Assembly (NCBI GenBank): GCA_002633005.1
Contig: NMRA01000179.1
Span: 643,247-707,246, forward strand
Source of the DNA: Phoronis australis
Lineage: Eukaryota; Animalia; Phoronida
DNA: 64,000 bases
Reading direction: 5' to 3'
Positions 63,201-64,000 of the stretch are shown here, in pieces. The position numbers and the translations under genes are program-made. Position 1 is the stretch's first letter, and each line of letters begins with the position of its first letter. The notes under the pieces are model-generated. The model saw nothing but the letters and a program-made list of their open reading frames with translations. It did no database searches and had not been told where the DNA came from.

Positions 63201-63900
63201 TGCAGTTATATTTATACAGAAGGCATTTATCAAAGACTGTTGTACAATTGCAAAATAAATGTTTACGTTTTAAAATACACAAAACGCCTGAAAATTCAGT
63301 TGTGTCTATGGTCTCGCTTTTCGACTTCATCTTGATCAAAACAATCGGAGCTCGTGTTACCTCATGTCCTGAGCAGTTTTCAGCTAGGGTAAATACAAGA
63401 TGGCAGTTCATGTCTTCATACATGTATCTATGACCGTGATTAATTAAATGTTTGGTCGTTAGTCGATAATCTCAACGGCAGCTATTACCACCAAACATGG
63501 ATGACAGAGCTCGCTCACTGCGCACGGGGGTAACGTAATATGTGCGTGTAATGGTCGTACGAAAATTGACGACTACATGCATGGCATGGAATGAGCAGGA
63601 GTTCTACACTTAATTTCGCCACATCAACGAGTATTTGTGTATGTATAGCAACACCAGCAGTCGTGATTTGTCATTGGCAGAGTATACTCACAATAATCAA
63701 TTAATTACTACCTTTGCACACAGGCAGTTTGGACCACCTCCCCGTAAATTCACAAACGGCTATATCTGGTCCTATTCGCCTGAATCCAGGGTTACAACCA
63801 ACTTTGATCACGTCGAGGTAAAGAGATGCATTTGTGGAATTTGTGTATCCGTTTGTGATGATTGGCGGCTTACATTCCACGTGATCGTATGCTTCTATGC
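24027..63900 (-). CDS. Partial multi-exon gene: mosaic extracellular CCP/sushi, SUEL (rhamnose-binding-type) lectin and FN2 protein
   Basis: Exons 63712-63900, 44820-44981, 43994-44305, 34015-34206, 33612-33782, 33087-33260, 32396-32698, 27494-27661 and 24027-24218 are all AG..GT bounded, phase 1-1, multiples of 3, and splice to 1863 nt without a stop. Many N-X-S/T sequons. Linkage of all exons in one transcript is inferred, and exons may have been missed. Confidence 0.7.
24540..24740. repeat. Degenerate (GAT/GAC)n trinucleotide tract
   Basis: GATGAC/GATGAA low-complexity run. Confidence 0.7.
27494..27661 (-). CDS. Fibronectin type II (FN2) domain exon
   Basis: EPCVFPFIFNGTYVTRC...PWCAVTNNYDVD..RGTC matches FN2 C.FPF.Y.G...C....WC.TT.NYD.D..WG.C. 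168 nt, phase 1-1. Confidence 0.9.
28323..30032 (-). mobile_element. Helentron-associated interspersed element (HINE, DINE-1/pearl-like)
   Basis: On the minus strand: T-run, subTIR AATGCGCCCAC, nearby inverted copy GTGGACGCATT, (GTCC)n microsatellite, internal tandem units of about 400-450 bp, 3' subTIR GTGGGCGCATT, hairpin CAACGC-TCC-GCGTTG, then CTCTTGT. Confidence 0.85.
32396..32698 (-). CDS. SUEL/rhamnose-binding-type (Gal_lectin) domain exon
   Basis: ACQGKLMSMNC..IDVVSAVFGG...C...C....AIKDACQNMTQCSVRAS....C....YLEVHYKC with 8 Cys. 303 nt, phase 1-1. Confidence 0.9.
33087..33260 (-). CDS. CCP/sushi exon
   Basis: DCKQPPS...TTYGSTVGYSCGAGF...STCLASGKWS...PQ. The last Cys codon T|GT is completed by the next exon. 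174 nt. Confidence 0.85.
33612..33782 (-). CDS. CCP/sushi exon
   Basis: DCGQVPATPYA...TVYGSKANYACLDGY...LVCTANGTWSKSPLC. 171 nt, GTAAGT donor. Confidence 0.9.
34015..34206 (-). CDS. CCP/sushi exon
   Basis: IQCPMPTIPNS...VSCDAGYKVQG...NCEITGNWSTLPTC. GTAAGT donor. The acceptor (TTGAAG) is less certain. Confidence 0.85.
34272..39990 (+). mobile_element. Academ-superfamily DNA transposon, full length (5719 bp)
   Basis: Termini TAGCGGGGAGGGAAT ... ATTCCCTCCCCGCTA. Imperfect TIRs of about 275 bp. 3-bp TAC TSD at 34269-71 and 39991-93. Single ~1500-aa frame with transposase, XPG-like and Cys-rich domains, as defined for Academ. Confidence 0.9.
34780..39369 (+). pseudogene. Academ transposase/XPG-nuclease/Cys-finger protein, 1529 codons with two in-frame stops
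   Basis: ORFs at 34780, 36826 and 38971 share one frame, broken only by TAG (36718-20) and TGA (38959-61). Motifs: AVDNID, NPGQVPV..DCPLY, GMLHIEM, NYARW, DQSQEH; XPG-like EEADTRM, DSDV, HALTGCD; terminal CDCVVACKGNCKCHRAGLRCTTLCKC. Confidence 0.9.
40303..40396. mobile_element. Short MITE of the 5-bp-TSD family
   Basis: GAGAGGCGGATCC ... AATCCGCTTCTG, flanked by ACTTA/ACTTG. Confidence 0.6.
42071..42560 (-). pseudogene. Probable N-terminal remnant of a second, divergent Academ-like protein
   Basis: CCIH...YHNQYY...RKSRR...VLPPQCIIC...RNLEKL parallels the YHNGC...KTRSS...CVCC layout of the 34780 ORF. A possible TAG-type end lies at about 43023, but its partner end was not found. Confidence 0.4.
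43994..44305 (-). CDS. SUEL/rhamnose-binding-type lectin domain exon
   Basis: TCQNDIAVLNC...INVVFALYGR...C...C....IIKNLCDSKTLC...C....YMYLQFYFEC. 312 nt, phase 1-1. Confidence 0.9.
44820..44981 (-). CDS. CCP/sushi exon
   Basis: DCKQPPSDGLNVTYNATTFGSLAEYRC...AKCQSDGTWSTPGY with the final Cys split T|GT. 162 nt. Confidence 0.9.
46144..48972. mobile_element. Non-autonomous Harbinger-like element (~2.8 kb)
   Basis: 26-bp TIR CAGC(C/T)GATTTCATAAAGGTGGTTTAA. Flanks TTA/TTG. Subterminal arrays of AAACCAGGTTT/AGACCAGGTCT at both ends. Confidence 0.75.
48431..48588. mobile_element. MITE of the 5-bp-TSD family nested in the 46144-48972 element
   Basis: CATAGGCGG ... GATCCGCCCCTG with exact CTACG duplication at 48426-30 and 48589-93. 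Confidence 0.8.
49404..49680 (+). pseudogene. KolX accessory protein N-terminus (P2X7 cytoplasmic-ballast-like Cys cluster), truncated
   Basis: Acidic N-terminus, GYILEPEY, then DRRGDTSWCKCTVCVVMPTSIECLCCSEF, cut at the deletion junction. Confidence 0.75.
49650..50744 (-). CDS. Truncated Kolobok transposase (THAP finger, C2CH finger, start of catalytic region), 364 aa
   Basis: MPHCCCVPGCSN..LHRFP..W..RVCGKHF..DAIPS (THAP); CQVC...WECVTGH; DSPGRSAKYTTYTLME. The rest of the DDE domain is deleted. Confidence 0.85.
   Translation of the reverse strand: MPHCCCVPGCSNYRLTRALGVPLHRFPMDDTLRRTWLVRVKNAALPVHATYKAVENYRVCGKHFLPSDYERDLYAELMKVPAKQRLKKDAIPSVLIPGSAPSPPPRSAFLKREASRAVASTVTGASGGTSSTVTRASERTPERAIPGTSSDSPCAVFSSPEPLSSPAAILSSGSDYRPSSTPSEEDSSSSSEQIGEPNFDKFIVDLSKVLELFRRCQVCGEGVTRHNVSSLGAQVTIQWECVTGHSGKWDSCSSVRGMPEVHLTMSSGVLFTGNTFQSVKTMMDFGKVNFFSKTTFNNIQNSYLIPVVNDAYMSQHLELVAEFMEKENLSDSPGRSAKYTTYTLMEEETKKIIDVELGTAQAFN
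51217..51412. repeat. Degenerate 21-bp minisatellite
   Basis: About 9 units with a recurring AAA(C)ATG(G)ACCG core at roughly 21-bp spacing and variable remainder. Confidence 0.6.
52685..54408 (+). pseudogene. Harbinger Myb/SANT-like DNA-binding protein (exon 1 52685-53060, exon 2 from 54012)
   Basis: KRSCNWTKHE..LL..K..VWDDIA.....RT....EKWRHM...KKTGGG. Phase-1 GT/AG intron. S/T-rich linker and a frameshifted coiled-coil-like tail. Confidence 0.8.
55804..56680 (-). pseudogene. Decayed Macro (TARG1/Poa1-like) plus possible SGNH-like coding remnant
   Basis: LSVCDVVAADKDFLALGIDVHFRAKF..EL / TYENSFSLK..IISVLSP..KEMIISLF...YHV resembles SLAHCvSaDf.MgaGIAv.Fk.kF...PTYe.L..SL...V.e.I..vF. A weaker GSHN...EY...P.R pattern lies downstream. 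Frameshifted. Confidence 0.35.
56871..56970 (+). mobile_element. Left end of a Tc1/mariner(pogo)-like MITE with 18-19-bp tandem repeats
   Basis: TA-CCGTATTTG start followed by about 5 copies of CCTATAAGCG(C/T)CCATGC. The right end was not clearly found. Confidence 0.5.
58493..58961. mobile_element. MITE of the 5-bp-TSD family inside the transposase gene (contains N gap 58518-58860)
   Basis: CATAGGCGGATTTAGG ... TAGATCCGCCACTG with AGGCG duplicated at 58488-92 and 58962-66. Excision restores GDSGYACSRFLMTP. Confidence 0.9.
59444..59536. repeat. Inverted near-copy of 58861-58955 (second, truncated copy of the same MITE)
   Basis: CGGATCTAGGATATCACAAGGGGGGCCCAACATTT...ATAGCACC is the reverse complement of the MITE end, with a few differences. 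Confidence 0.85.
59767..61461. mobile_element. Kolobok DNA transposon, internally deleted copy 2 (1695 bp), nested in the Harbinger
   Basis: TTAA TSD at 59763-66 and 61462-65. Same TIRs and orientation as 49070-51009, with a different deletion. The KolX-like ORF from 60101 is frameshifted. Confidence 0.9.
60415..61197 (-). CDS. Truncated Kolobok THAP transposase, 260 aa
   Basis: Near-identical to the 49650-50744 ORF through the THAP and C2CH fingers, then frameshift and stop. Confidence 0.8.
   Translation of the reverse strand: MPRCCCVPGCTNYRLTRALGVPLHRFPMDDTLRRTWLVRVKNVALPVHATYKVVENYRVCGKHFLPSDYQRDLYAELMKVPAKQRLKKDAIPSLFIPGSAPSPPPRSAFLKREASRAVASTVTGAIGGTSSTVTRASERTPLRAIPGTSSDSPCAVFSTPEPLRSPAAILSCGSDNRLSSTPSEEDTSLSSEQIGEPKFDKFIVDLSKVLELFRRCQVCGEGVTRHGVSSLGAQVTIRWECVAGHSDKWDSCSVVSRRST
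62792..62918 (-). CDS. Candidate signal-peptide first exon
   Basis: MNDAWRAHWLVLIFIINFKTSYRGYAAACNL... with a phase-1 AG|GTGATT donor compatible with the downstream phase-1 exons. Confidence 0.25.
63712..63900 (-). CDS. CCP/sushi exon
   Basis: VECKPPIITNG...VGCNPGFRRIGPDIAVCEFTGRWSKLPVC. CTTTCAACAG acceptor, GTAGTA donor, 189 nt. Confidence 0.9.
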
Positions 63901-64000
63901 CTGTTGAAAGTAAAGTGAAGCTGGTCATCAACCTTTCGCATCACCAGTCAAAGATCCTTCAGTGTCGATTAAACTAATCTACATGTATAAAGTAAACATA

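Overview
This is AT-rich metazoan (invertebrate-like) genomic DNA with two N-gaps and no prokaryotic features. The backbone is a minus-strand, intron-rich gene or tandem gene cluster encoding a mosaic extracellular protein. Nine intact symmetric phase-1 exons between 24027 and 63900 splice into one open frame of 621 codons: CCP-CCP-SUEL lectin-CCP-CCP-CCP-SUEL-FN2-CCP. Further downstream the CCP and SRCR-like exons are progressively decayed, and one CCP exon is split by an 8.35-kb TTAA-flanked Kolobok-type insertion. The introns are crowded with transposons whose ends and target-site duplications (TSDs) can mostly be read directly. These are a near-intact Academ element (1529-codon frame, two nonsense codons), a 10.1-kb Harbinger (Myb plus transposase) with nested cargo, two internally deleted Kolobok sisters (THAP transposase plus KolX/P2X7-ballast-like gene) and two older Kolobok relics. 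Also present are two non-autonomous Harbingers, a Helentron-type HINE carrying CTCF-like motifs, a family of 5-bp-TSD MITEs, a probable solo LTR and a Penelope-like RT fragment. I cannot prove a new biological system from sequence alone. The best candidates are the modular CCP/SUEL/FN2 receptor locus, the truncated THAP-ORF Kolobok derivatives with inward promoter motifs in their TIRs, and a decayed Macro plus SGNH-like cassette inside the Harbinger. All domain calls are by-eye motif recognition, not database hits.
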